From: Candidatus Falkowbacteria bacterium
GTDB taxonomy: Bacteria; Patescibacteriota; Patescibacteriia; UBA11705; JABHMO01
Direction of reading: 5' to 3'
Length of the DNA: 64,000 bases
NCBI GenBank assembly: GCA_018693855.1
Contig: JABHMO010000043.1
Span: forward strand, 72,154 to 136,153
Below are positions 29,217-37,664 of the stretch, piece by piece; the first letter of the stretch is position 1, and every line of letters starts with the position of its first letter. The notes beneath the pieces were generated by a model. It ran no database searches. It worked only from the letters and a program-made list of their open reading frames with translations, and was not told the DNA's origin. The position numbers and the translations under genes were made by a program.

Positions 29217-30044
29217 TTATTGTTGTGCTTGAGCTTCAGCAAGAGCTCTTGAAAAGATAGATTTAAGGTCTTCATCAGAAACTTGATCCAAATCTGAATC
29301 ACTATAACCGTTCTGTCGTAACATTTCCCTTATTTGGTCTGCAGAATAGTTATATGGATCAACAACATCCGTACCAGTAGACAAATCCATATCCTGCATA
29401 GCATTAAACGCATCTGGATTTTCTTTTATTGCGGCTGTATAGAAAGCGACTAACTGTTCATCAGTAAATTGGTCAACTTGAGCTTGAGTCGCAACGCCAG
29501 ATTCTAGAATTAGAGCTCGGAGTGTATCAACAGGAGGAACAACTATTTCTTCATCGGGCACGTCCAGCAAACTGTCAGTTCCGCCCTCTCCACCATTTCC
29601 TGATCCAGAAAAACAGGTATATCCATCTGGACAGTTTGGATCTGTCCCTGCATAGATCTCTTCATAATCAGAAAGTCCATCACTATCACTATCAGCAAGA
29701 AACACGCTTGTTTCATAAACAAACTCTTCATCGTAATCATTTATTCCATCCGCGTCTGTATCTTTTTGCCGAAGAGCAATTGAATCTTCATTATCGTTTA
29801 ACAGTTCCTTAACATCAACTGCGTTATCACCTTTATTTTGAGCGACTTCAGCCAAAGGAACATTTAACAAAGCACTCATTCGAGCAAAACCAATCAAAAC
29901 TATGACAAATAAAATTATCACAAATCCAATAATAACTGTTTTGCGTCTTTTGTTATTTTTTTCTAATAGAGCCTGATCTTCTTCACTTACAACCACTTCG
30001 CCTTCGATCGGCTCTTGGTTTTCACCAGAGAATTCTTCATTCAT
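29217..30044 (-). CDS. Single-pass membrane protein with thrombospondin type-3-like Ca-binding repeats
   Basis: It has one TM helix and acidic DxDxDGxxDxxE repeats (DTDADGINDYDE, DSDSDGLSDYEE). It is paralogous to the genes at 44239-45435 and 45535-46119. Confidence 0.6.
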   Translation of the reverse strand: MNEEFSGENQEPIEGEVVVSEEDQALLEKNNKRRKTVIIGFVIILFVIVLIGFARMSALLNVPLAEVAQNKGDNAVDVKELLNDNEDSIALRQKDTDADGINDYDEEFVYETSVFLADSDSDGLSDYEEIYAGTDPNCPDGYTCFSGSGNGGEGGTDSLLDVPDEEIVVPPVDTLRALILESGVATQAQVDQFTDEQLVAFYTAAIKENPDAFNAMQDMDLSTGTDVVDPYNYSADQIREMLRQNGYSDSDLDQVSDEDLKSIFSRALAEAQAQQ

Positions 30045-30135
30045 AAGCTAAATAAAACAAAAAAATAATTTTGTTCTTTAAACAAATGATTTCACTAAAT
30101 TTATTATACCATAAATTCACTCTTCTAACTAAAAA

Positions 30136-30150
30136 AATAGTGGATAATAT
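30136..30150. promoter_or_regulatory. Candidate operator palindrome GTGGATAaTATCCAC upstream of the TSP3/giant-protein operon
   Basis: It has perfect 7-bp arms around a single central nucleotide, about 90 bp upstream of the 30044 start. Confidence 0.3.
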
Positions 30151-30249
30151 CCACATTCTTTTCCACTAAAATTAGTTAAATATTTTTCGTTTGATTAATC
30201 GCGAAAAATTGTACTTAAAACAACGTTAGTGATAAAAGTTTACTTAACG

Positions 30250-30620
30250 AAATTGGATTCCTGCCTACGCAGGAATGACGATTTGAAGGTACGTTATTCC
30301 AATACACCAAGGGGTCTGGGGGGCGACTGTCTAAGCGTCATTAATCAACGCACAAAAAGTCGCTAAATAGAACATAGTGAGTTTTAGCTCCCCAGCAGTT
30401 TTCTTGCCTTGCCGAAGCTTATGTAATAGCGAAGGCGGGTGGTTACTTTTGGCGCCAAAAGCAACTCGACCGAGAGGGCGAAAAATCAACGCAGCAAACA
30501 ATATTCAATTTTCGACATATTTTCACCGAATCCACAAATTTTACCTGGTGTATTATAAAGATCCCTCCAGCCCATCCTACGCTAATAGCTTCGGAGGGCA
30601 GGCAAGGTCGGGATGACAAA
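30250..30620. ncRNA. Candidate structured RNA of unknown class in a 600-bp gene-free, GC-elevated spacer
   Basis: It has long-range complementarity (CCTTGCCGAAGCTTAT…ATAGCG at 30407-30437 with CGCTAATAGCTTCGGAGGGCAGGCAAGG at 30572-30603), an internal palindrome CTTTTGGCGCCAAAAG, and GGG/CCC-rich stems. No convincing ORF is present. The strand is undetermined. Confidence 0.3.
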
Positions 30621-30640
30621 AGATTAAGAGAACAAACACA

Positions 30641-31459
30641 CTATCCAAAAAGCTTCACCAACTTCTTCCAATCATCCAACTCCAACTCCTGAGCCCTCAC
30701 ATTCTCATCCAAACCTAACTCTTCAAAAAAACTATGCAATAATTTTTTATCAAAACTTTTACCTAAATTCCCAATCAACTTCTTTCGTTTGCTTGAAAAT
30801 CCAGTTTTAATTAACTTGAAAAACAGATCCTGCTCTTTCCGAGATAAGTCAGATTTCAACAACTCGAGCCGAATCACAACACTCTTAACTTTTGGGGCCG
30901 GAAAAAAACAGCTTTCTGAAACAGTGAACAAAATTTTCGGTTTGGAAAAAAGCTGTACACTCAAAGCTAAAATATTCATGTCCGGCGACTTCGCCAACAT
31001 CCTCTCCCCCACTTCCTTCTGAATCATCAAAACCATTTCACTTGGTTTGTTTTTGGCTTCTAAAAATTTTCTAATGAAATTACTGGTAATCGAGTATGGC
31101 AAATTAGCAACAATCTTATAATTCTTCCCTAAATTTTTCGTAATTTCCTTTTCCTCAACTTTCAGAACATCCTTATGAAGCAACTTCAAATTAGAGGATT
31201 CACTATACTCATCCTCTAAAAATTGATGTAATTTTCGATCAAATTCAACTGCCAACACCTTTTTTGACTTATCAATCAACTTTGCTGTTAACGATCCAAA
31301 TCCAGGCCCCACCTCCAAAACTCGATCAGTTTTTTTTATATTCGATTCACGTACAATTTTATTCAAAATATTATCATCAATCAAAAAATTCTGCCCACGC
31401 AACTTCGTAGGATGAATCCCCAACTTTTCCAAGTTTTCCATCAAAACAGATATTTTCAT
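30641..31459 (-). CDS. rsmA: 16S rRNA (adenine1518/1519-N6)-dimethyltransferase
   Basis: It carries RGQNFLIDDNIL, and has the SAM motif VLEVGPGFGSLT. Confidence 0.9.
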   Translation of the reverse strand: MKISVLMENLEKLGIHPTKLRGQNFLIDDNILNKIVRESNIKKTDRVLEVGPGFGSLTAKLIDKSKKVLAVEFDRKLHQFLEDEYSESSNLKLLHKDVLKVEEKEITKNLGKNYKIVANLPYSITSNFIRKFLEAKNKPSEMVLMIQKEVGERMLAKSPDMNILALSVQLFSKPKILFTVSESCFFPAPKVKSVVIRLELLKSDLSRKEQDLFFKLIKTGFSSKRKKLIGNLGKSFDKKLLHSFFEELGLDENVRAQELELDDWKKLVKLFG

Positions 31460-31462
31460 AAA

Positions 31463-32101
31463 CTATATTTTCATTGACTTAATTTCAGACGCAATACGTT
31501 TTGCTAATTTTGCATGTTCTGCAGAGTCAAAATGCACACCATCAGTACCAACTGGCAAATCACTTGAATCTACTAATTTACAACCATTCGTTTTTGCTAT
31601 TTGAGAATATGTTTTTTTAAATAACTTAGATTTCGCCGTACCACCAACGTAGTATTTAGCATAATCAGTTTTTTCATTAATAATGGGAGGAACAACCAAA
31701 ACTAATTTCGGCTGTATAGATCTAAATTGCGATTTTCTTGCCAAGATAACTTTCACAAAATGCTTTTCCAGCAATTTTCCAATCTGTTTTGTTGTTTTTC
31801 GATAACTTGCCTTTAACTCATTTGTACCTAACATAAGAACAACTGCGTCAATGGGATCATGAGAATCTAAACATGGAATAATATATTGACTTCCGCTTCT
31901 CCCCTCTTTCCCTGGCCGTTTGTCATCAGAAACCAACGTTCGACTAATCAATCCTTCTTCAATAATTTCAAAATTACGTCCAAGTAATTTTTGCAAAACT
32001 TTTGGAAACCGAATATTCTCTCCAAATCTTTCATGATCAGAATCAGGAATATATCCCCAGACATAAGAATCGCCAAAACATAAGATCCTCTTTTTGCTCA
32101 T
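31463..32101 (-). CDS. SGNH/GDSL-family hydrolase
   Basis: It has GDS(Y) block I (LCFGDSYVWGY) and a DGVHF catalytic block near the C terminus. The start was moved to the internal ATG. Confidence 0.7.
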   Translation of the reverse strand: MSKKRILCFGDSYVWGYIPDSDHERFGENIRFPKVLQKLLGRNFEIIEEGLISRTLVSDDKRPGKEGRSGSQYIIPCLDSHDPIDAVVLMLGTNELKASYRKTTKQIGKLLEKHFVKVILARKSQFRSIQPKLVLVVPPIINEKTDYAKYYVGGTAKSKLFKKTYSQIAKTNGCKLVDSSDLPVGTDGVHFDSAEHAKLAKRIASEIKSMKI

Positions 32102-32108
32102 ATAGTTA

Positions 32109-33119
32109 TTATTCTTCAAAATCAAGTTTCAAATAATCTAAGACGTCCAGTTTCTTTTCTTCAGAAATAAACTCTGGTTGATTATCGTTAATTTTAATTG
32201 GGTAAAAATCTATCTTCTTAACACCCTCCAAAGAAAAAGAAACTTGAGCAATCACACCTTGCAAGGCGGTTGCTGGCCAATTTTCAGGATAGATTAAGTT
32301 ACCTAAACCGTATAAGATATACTTGTTTTTATATACTTCTGTCTGCTGAACGAGATTTGTTCCATTACCAATAACTAAATCAGCTCCTAAATCAATCGCC
32401 CTGCGAGCAAACGATTCCTGAGTTTTTGAGACGGTTCGTTTATTCTCAAGACCTGAATGCATAGAAACAATCAAGAAGTTAACTTGTTCACGATACTTTT
32501 TCATATCTTTTTCCAAATCTTGCAGATTCATCATAAAAACACCAGCCGTAGTTTCGGTTGCTTGATGAATTGCTGGACCATAACTGTAACAAAGGAATCC
32601 AAACTTAACGTTCTCAACTTCTACAATTGCCAATTTATTCTGATCACTATTCACTGATGCCCCACAAAAATCGATCTCACTATTTTGCAACAGCTGAACA
32701 GTTTCAATCAAATCATCTTGACCATTCTCCATCACCTTATCATTCGCTAAATCAACAATTGCAATATTATTATCAGACAAGAAGAAACTGTCCTCTAACG
32801 GATTGTTAATATTAGCAAAAACAAAATCTGAATCCACTAATTTTTCTTTAACTAATTGCGGTAAAGTTGAACGCTGTCTCTCAGGACTTAGCGTCAAATC
32901 TGGCGCGAAAGTTACTTTTATTTCCAAATCCTGTCTCTGTTCAAGCAACTCTTGAGCTCTTTTTTGTTTCACAAACTTATCAAGCGAAATCAAACCATCG
33001 CCCTCAAGTTGCGACACAGTGTAGATATCATCTCCGTCCAGTCCACCATTCTGCCACATTAGAAAAGCACCTGCAGCGAGGCAGACTAGACCGAATAGGA
33101 TTATAATTATTTTTTTCAT
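32109..33119 (-). CDS. CapA/PGA_cap-family metallophosphatase-like protein with an N-terminal membrane anchor
   Basis: The pattern …LIVSMHSGLE…ADLVIGNGTNLVQ matches the CapA signature, with the HPH triad replaced by NGT, so it may be non-catalytic. It has an N-terminal TM anchor. Confidence 0.55.
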   Translation of the reverse strand: MKKIIIILFGLVCLAAGAFLMWQNGGLDGDDIYTVSQLEGDGLISLDKFVKQKRAQELLEQRQDLEIKVTFAPDLTLSPERQRSTLPQLVKEKLVDSDFVFANINNPLEDSFFLSDNNIAIVDLANDKVMENGQDDLIETVQLLQNSEIDFCGASVNSDQNKLAIVEVENVKFGFLCYSYGPAIHQATETTAGVFMMNLQDLEKDMKKYREQVNFLIVSMHSGLENKRTVSKTQESFARRAIDLGADLVIGNGTNLVQQTEVYKNKYILYGLGNLIYPENWPATALQGVIAQVSFSLEGVKKIDFYPIKINDNQPEFISEEKKLDVLDYLKLDFEE

Positions 33120-33284
33120 AGAATCGCAAGGAGACTATACGGGGCCAGCCCGCAATGTCTACGCATAGCGTTGCTGGCGGGCTAAACGAGGCCATTAAGG
33201 AGGCTAACCCCAAATTATGTCACTCCGGACACGCCTGCCCTCCGTAGTTTTCTAAACGAAGGTGGGATCCGGAGTCTGGCCAAG
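33120..33284. repeat. Composite GC-rich leader/intergenic element (AGAATCGCAAGG-GGCTATA motif, a 52-bp conserved core, and an ACTCCGGA…TCCGGAGT hairpin)
   Basis: The 52-bp core GGGGCCAGCCCGCAATGTCTACGCATAGCGTTGCTGGCGGGCTAAACGAGGC is near-identical at 45446-45500. The AGAATCGCAAGG(R)G(R)CTATA part is shared with the hisS leader at 59231-59272. The hairpin is shared with the element at 57826-57856. Confidence 0.75.
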
Positions 33285-33298
33285 TAAAAAAGCCGAAC

Positions 33299-34396
33299 TT
33301 ACCCTTTTGCAACCTGTTTTAAGTGAGCCTCGATAAACTCGATCAAGTTACCATCTAAAACTGAGTCAACTTGATCAGTTTGAAAATCTGTTCGATGATC
33401 TTTGACCATCTTATAGGGATGTAATACGTATGATCTAACTTGATTTCCCCAGGCAGCTTCGCTGAACTCGCCTCTTAATTTCTGTTTTTCTTCCTCAACT
33501 TCAGTTTCATGATATTTTTGTAATTTTGATTTTAGAACTTTTAACGCAGTTTCCTTATTCTGCTGTTGTGATCGTTCATTTTGACAAGTCACAACGATTT
33601 TTGTTGGTAAATGAGTAATCCGAACAGCACTATCAGTTGTATTTACACCTTGCCCACCATGACCACCTGACCGATAGGTATCGATTCTTAAATCCTTTTC
33701 GTCAATTACTAGATCAACAACTTCATCTACATGAGGCAGCACTTCAGCTAAAGCAAACGAAGTGTGTCTCATCTTTTCTGCGTCAAATGGAGAAATTCTA
33801 ACTAATCTGTGAACACCTGCTTCTGATTTCAAAAACCCATATGCATTATACCCTTTTACTTCAAACATGACACTCTTTATCCCTGCTTCTGATCCTGCAG
33901 ACACATTTATAATCTGAGTTTGCCAATCATTCTTTTCCGCAAAACGTAAAAACATTCGCAACAACATCTCAGCCCAATCTTGAGCATCAGTTCCACCAGC
34001 ACCAGCGTGGATTGCCATGATCGCGTTACTATGATCATATTTATCCGAAAACATGACGTTTAGTTCCAGTTTATTCATTGTTTTTTCAATAGTAGCGAGC
34101 TGAGACTCTATCTCTTTTCTCAAATTAACGGTTTTATCATCCTTATCAATTTCAGTAATTTCAAAAAGGTCTTTCAAATCCCGTTTTACTTTGTCCCAAA
34201 TTTCAACTTCAAATTCAAGGTGACTGGACTCCTGACTAATCTTTTTTGCCCTATCATTATCAGACCAAAAACCAGACTCCCCCATTTTCGATTGAAGCAG
34301 TATTATCTCTTGACGTTTTTCATCAACTTTAGCAATCTGCCAGAGTGAGTTCAGACGGTCTTTTAGATGAGTTATTTTATTTATCAAATCTTGCAT
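33299..34396 (-). CDS. prfB: Peptide chain release factor 2
   Basis: It has the GGQ motif (SGGHGGQGVNTTDS) and the SPF tripeptide (VRISPFD) that specifies RF2. The ORF is contiguous with no programmed frameshift site. Confidence 0.9.
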   Translation of the reverse strand: MQDLINKITHLKDRLNSLWQIAKVDEKRQEIILLQSKMGESGFWSDNDRAKKISQESSHLEFEVEIWDKVKRDLKDLFEITEIDKDDKTVNLRKEIESQLATIEKTMNKLELNVMFSDKYDHSNAIMAIHAGAGGTDAQDWAEMLLRMFLRFAEKNDWQTQIINVSAGSEAGIKSVMFEVKGYNAYGFLKSEAGVHRLVRISPFDAEKMRHTSFALAEVLPHVDEVVDLVIDEKDLRIDTYRSGGHGGQGVNTTDSAVRITHLPTKIVVTCQNERSQQQNKETALKVLKSKLQKYHETEVEEEKQKLRGEFSEAAWGNQVRSYVLHPYKMVKDHRTDFQTDQVDSVLDGNLIEFIEAHLKQVAKG

Positions 34397-34711
34397 AGAA
34401 ATGAGTACAGGTAAATATGTGTAAAGACAAGTAAAAATATGAAAATATAAGCGAGTCTAGACAAGTCTAAGTAAATCCAAGTCTGACTACATAACCACTT
34501 AGCTCTTATCGTTCATCGCCCATTTATCTCAATTTACGTTTAAAAGACTCTAATTTCAGTTGTCCTATTTATTGGGACAACTGACCAACTTCAACTATAC
34601 GATTTTTTCGAACAGTTCTTTTTATAAAAGTTCAGTTGGTTACAACTTGTAACCAACGAACTTACCTTTGGATAAAAGTGTGATTGATTTGGATTTTTTA
34701 TCAAATTCAAC

Positions 34712-35920
34712 TTACTCTTCCCTCTCTTCCAACTTCACCTTCACAATCATTTCCTCTCCATCTCGCACAACTTTTAATTCAACCTCATCGCCAGGTTTAT
34801 ATTTAGCGATTTCATTAACAAGGGAATGAGTATCGTCTAACTGTTGGTTATTAACTTCTACAATAATATCACCTTCAGCTAAACCTGCCTTATCAGCGGG
34901 AGAATCTTCAACAACAGCTAACGCATCAGGACTGTCACCTCGGATGATCAAAGATCCATAATCAACGCTTAAACCATTCTTTTCAGCAATTGACTCATTT
35001 ATCTCGACATATCTAACTCCAAGCCAAGGACGGACAATTCTGCCATTCTCAAGCACGCTTGTAACAATAGTCTTAGCCTTATTTATAGGTATTGCAAACC
35101 CAAGAGAACTACCTTGAGCATTGATGGCTGTGTTAATTCCAATAACCTGTCCTGAAATATTTAATAACGGTCCACCAGAGTTTCCAGGATTAATAGCTGC
35201 ATCTGTTTGAATAGCGCTGTCAAGCACTTCCGCACTACCAAAACTATCACTTGCCACCACTCGACGATCAATTCCACTGACAACACCTCGAGTAACTGTA
35301 TTATTATATTCTCCGAGTGCATTGCCGATTGCAATAACAGTTTGTCCAATCTGTATATTATCAGAATCGCCCAGTTCAATTACAGCTAGATCTGTTGCTT
35401 CAATTTTCAACACAGCAATATCTAGAACTAAGTCTCTACCGAGAACAGTTGCTTTATATTCAGTTCCGTCATTTAGAATAACTGTGTAATCAGCGGCTTC
35501 ATCTTCAACGACGTGACGATTAGTCAGAACTAAACCACTTTCATCAAAAACAAACCCACTACCAGTTGCAACCTCTCTTTTCCCACTAGAATTCGGTTCA
35601 TCATAAAAAAAGAACGGCAAAACACTTGGCCCTGTTTGATCATAATAACTTTCAAGTTCTTTAGTTGCCACAATACTAACAACTGCCGGACTGGCCTTCT
35701 TCACGACCTCTATCGTTGGTGAATCTTCTGTAATACTAATAACTGTATCATCGCCTTGACTGTTCACCTGATTTGCAATATTCGTTTGCAAAAACGATCT
35801 TCCCCAAGAAGTATTTTCCAAATACGGTTTCAAAAAGAATGACCCAAAAGCACCACCGACGGCGCCTACGATTAGACTTAGTAGGATTAAGATTAGGAGT
35901 TGATTTGATAATTTATGCAT
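34712..35920 (-). CDS. htrA: HtrA/DegP-family serine protease with a C-terminal PDZ domain
   Basis: It carries the trypsin-fold motifs TNRHVV, GNSGGPLLN, and has a PDZ region and an N-terminal membrane anchor. Confidence 0.85.
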   Translation of the reverse strand: MHKLSNQLLILILLSLIVGAVGGAFGSFFLKPYLENTSWGRSFLQTNIANQVNSQGDDTVISITEDSPTIEVVKKASPAVVSIVATKELESYYDQTGPSVLPFFFYDEPNSSGKREVATGSGFVFDESGLVLTNRHVVEDEAADYTVILNDGTEYKATVLGRDLVLDIAVLKIEATDLAVIELGDSDNIQIGQTVIAIGNALGEYNNTVTRGVVSGIDRRVVASDSFGSAEVLDSAIQTDAAINPGNSGGPLLNISGQVIGINTAINAQGSSLGFAIPINKAKTIVTSVLENGRIVRPWLGVRYVEINESIAEKNGLSVDYGSLIIRGDSPDALAVVEDSPADKAGLAEGDIIVEVNNQQLDDTHSLVNEIAKYKPGDEVELKVVRDGEEMIVKVKLEEREE

Positions 35921-35928
35921 ATAAAGGT

Positions 35929-36080
35929 GATGCTAATCTGCGAATGACATGCGAATGCCGCGAACGCTTCGCTATGCTAATTTACGAATTACACGAATAA
36001 TAATTATTATTATTCGTATCATTCGCAAGGACATTCGCATCATTCGCATGTCATTCGCAGATTCGCATCGCGTTCCGCGA
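35929..36080. repeat. Copy 2 of the roughly 160-bp palindromic intergenic element
   Basis: It reads ATGCTAATCTGCGAATGACATGCGAATGCCGCGAACGCTTCGCTATGCTAATTTACGAATTACACGAATA…, then TATTCGTATCATTCGCA… It starts 9 bp upstream of the htrA start codon. Confidence 0.8.
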
Positions 36081-36134
36081 TTAACTAAATAGAACCAAAA
36101 CTTACGTTCTGGTCAAATTATATATATTTTAAAA

Positions 36135-36407
36135 TCATTTAAGTAAATTTTCTAAGAAAGAAGCTGATGGACCTTGATTGAGTTCATTCAAAGTTCCCAT
36201 TATCTCTTTGTACTGATCCATTGTACTACTGAGGTAAGGGACAGCGAAGATAAGACCAATTGCAACTGGGATTACGATGACAAGTACTTTAATCACGCCA
36301 AAAACTCGTTGCCACATAATATATCGTTTCACCTTTTGCAGATCTTCATGAATTTCCTTACTGAATTCCAAATTTTTTTTAAGAAGTTTTAATAGTTCCT
36401 CCTGCAT
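36135..36407 (-). CDS. Small hypothetical membrane protein (90 aa)
   Basis: It has one TM helix and is flanked on both sides by copies of the palindromic element. It is a low-confidence gene. Confidence 0.3.
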   Translation of the reverse strand: MQEELLKLLKKNLEFSKEIHEDLQKVKRYIMWQRVFGVIKVLVIVIPVAIGLIFAVPYLSSTMDQYKEIMGTLNELNQGPSASFLENLLK

Positions 36408-36416
36408 ATAGACGCG

Positions 36417-36535
36417 ATACTAATCCACGAATGCATGCGAATGATACGAATGCTTCGCTATACTAATTTACGAACTACGCGAATAATTGAGTTCGTGGTG
36501 CGATTATTGGTATCGCGATTAGTATCATTAGTATT
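36417..36535. repeat. Copy 3 (more diverged) of the roughly 160-bp palindromic intergenic element
   Basis: It reads ATACTAATCCACGAATGCATGCGAATGATACGAATGCTTCGCTATACTAATTTACGAACTACGCGAATA… and fills the spacer between nrdG and the small ORF. Confidence 0.7.
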
Positions 36536-36551
36536 ATTTGTATATTAGTAT

Positions 36552-37244
36552 TTAAACCCCACGAAGTTCGCAAAGCTCGAACCAATCTTTTATTTCTTCT
36601 ATTATACCATCTAATTCTTTTTTTGTGTATGGACGAGTTTGACTATGTTTTGGATCGACTAGTTTTTCAGCTGGCATGAACTGCTGAATGAAGTATTTTT
36701 TTGCTCCTTTGATCTGTTGTGCCATCTCGATAATGTCTGATCTAGGATGAAGTGGTGGTAGCACAGTTGATCGAAACTCGTGTTCAACTGTTGATTCTTT
36801 TATCAGTTCAAAACTCCTTTTAATCTTTTCAACATCAATCTCACGATCAACAACTTGATTATATTTTTTCCAAGGTGCTTTTATATCCATAGCTATGTAA
36901 TCAAGCAAGTCGTCTTTAATTAAAAGCTCTATAACTTCTGGTTTTAATCCATTAGTGTCTAGTTTAACTAAAAAATTTTGATCCTTAACTTTTTTAATAA
37001 ACTCATAAAGATCTGGCTGCAAAGTCGGTTCTCCACCAGTAATACAAACCCCATCAATCAACTTCTTCCGTTCATTTAGAAACTCAAAAAACAACGACTC
37101 ATCAATCAAATCAGCGCTGCAGTTAACTAATTCCGGATTATGACAAAACGGACAGTTTAAATTACAACCAACCGTAAAAATGGTCGCTGCGACTTTACCT
37201 GGAAAATCCAGTAAAGTAGTTCGTTGTAGTCCACCGATTTTCAT
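36552..37244 (-). CDS. nrdG: Anaerobic ribonucleoside-triphosphate reductase activating protein (radical SAM)
   Basis: It has the CNLNCPFCHN radical-SAM cluster near the N terminus, is about 230 aa, and sits immediately downstream of nrdD. Confidence 0.85.
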   Translation of the reverse strand: MKIGGLQRTTLLDFPGKVAATIFTVGCNLNCPFCHNPELVNCSADLIDESLFFEFLNERKKLIDGVCITGGEPTLQPDLYEFIKKVKDQNFLVKLDTNGLKPEVIELLIKDDLLDYIAMDIKAPWKKYNQVVDREIDVEKIKRSFELIKESTVEHEFRSTVLPPLHPRSDIIEMAQQIKGAKKYFIQQFMPAEKLVDPKHSQTRPYTKKELDGIIEEIKDWFELCELRGV

Positions 37245-37431
37245 AGAAGATTTAAATTACTTGTACCTTTATATGTTCATCTTATCTTGATGAGTTGAGC
37301 AAGTCAAATATTTTAAATTAGCCTCATTGATAGCCTCATATAGCCCCATTAGTATTAAAAAAGCCTAAAGCAATGAGTCTTAAATTTTTAGATACTAAAA
37401 ACTTAGGACTTAAAACTTTAGGCAGAAGCAC

Positions 37432-37578
37432 CTATTCTTTTGTAGCGCAAACTTTATAGTTAGTTCTATCATCAAATTCTGCCTTTTTTCCATTGTTCCA
37501 TCTGTTGATAGGACTTAGATAACCAACGACTCTAGAATAAACCTCGCATTTTGTTCTTTCTAATTTTTGTGAAGCCAT
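37432..37578 (-). CDS. Separate 48-aa ORF encoding the NrdD glycyl-radical motif (C-terminal NrdD fragment)
   Basis: My own translation gives MASQKLERTKCEVYSRVVGYLSPINRWNNGKKAEFDDRTNYKVCATKE. The YSRVVGYL…WNNGKKAEF stretch matches the class III RNR glycyl-radical consensus (E. coli …YSRVTGYLG…WNDGKRAEF). It is absent from the ORF track because it is shorter than 60 aa. Confidence 0.6.
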   Translation of the reverse strand: MASQKLERTKCEVYSRVVGYLSPINRWNNGKKAEFDDRTNYKVCATKE

Positions 37579-37664
37579 AGTAAATAGAAATTGGAAATTA
37601 GAAATTTGAAATCAGGGTAGTCAATCAGACAAATCCTTATTTCAGTTTCATTTCCTATTTATTT

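Noticed and set aside
19809-29812. Numerous 60-100-aa ORFs on both strands inside the giant genes, for example 24084-24359 and 27318-27518.
   Set aside because: They are shadow ORFs inside a 9.5-kb coding region with odd amino-acid composition (His/Tyr/Gln-rich). None has start context or conservation signals.
30377-30616. The 79-aa ORF in the rsmA/TSP3 spacer.
   Set aside because: It is Gly/Arg/Ser-rich with no start context and lies inside the GC-rich putative structured-RNA region. It is most likely not coding.
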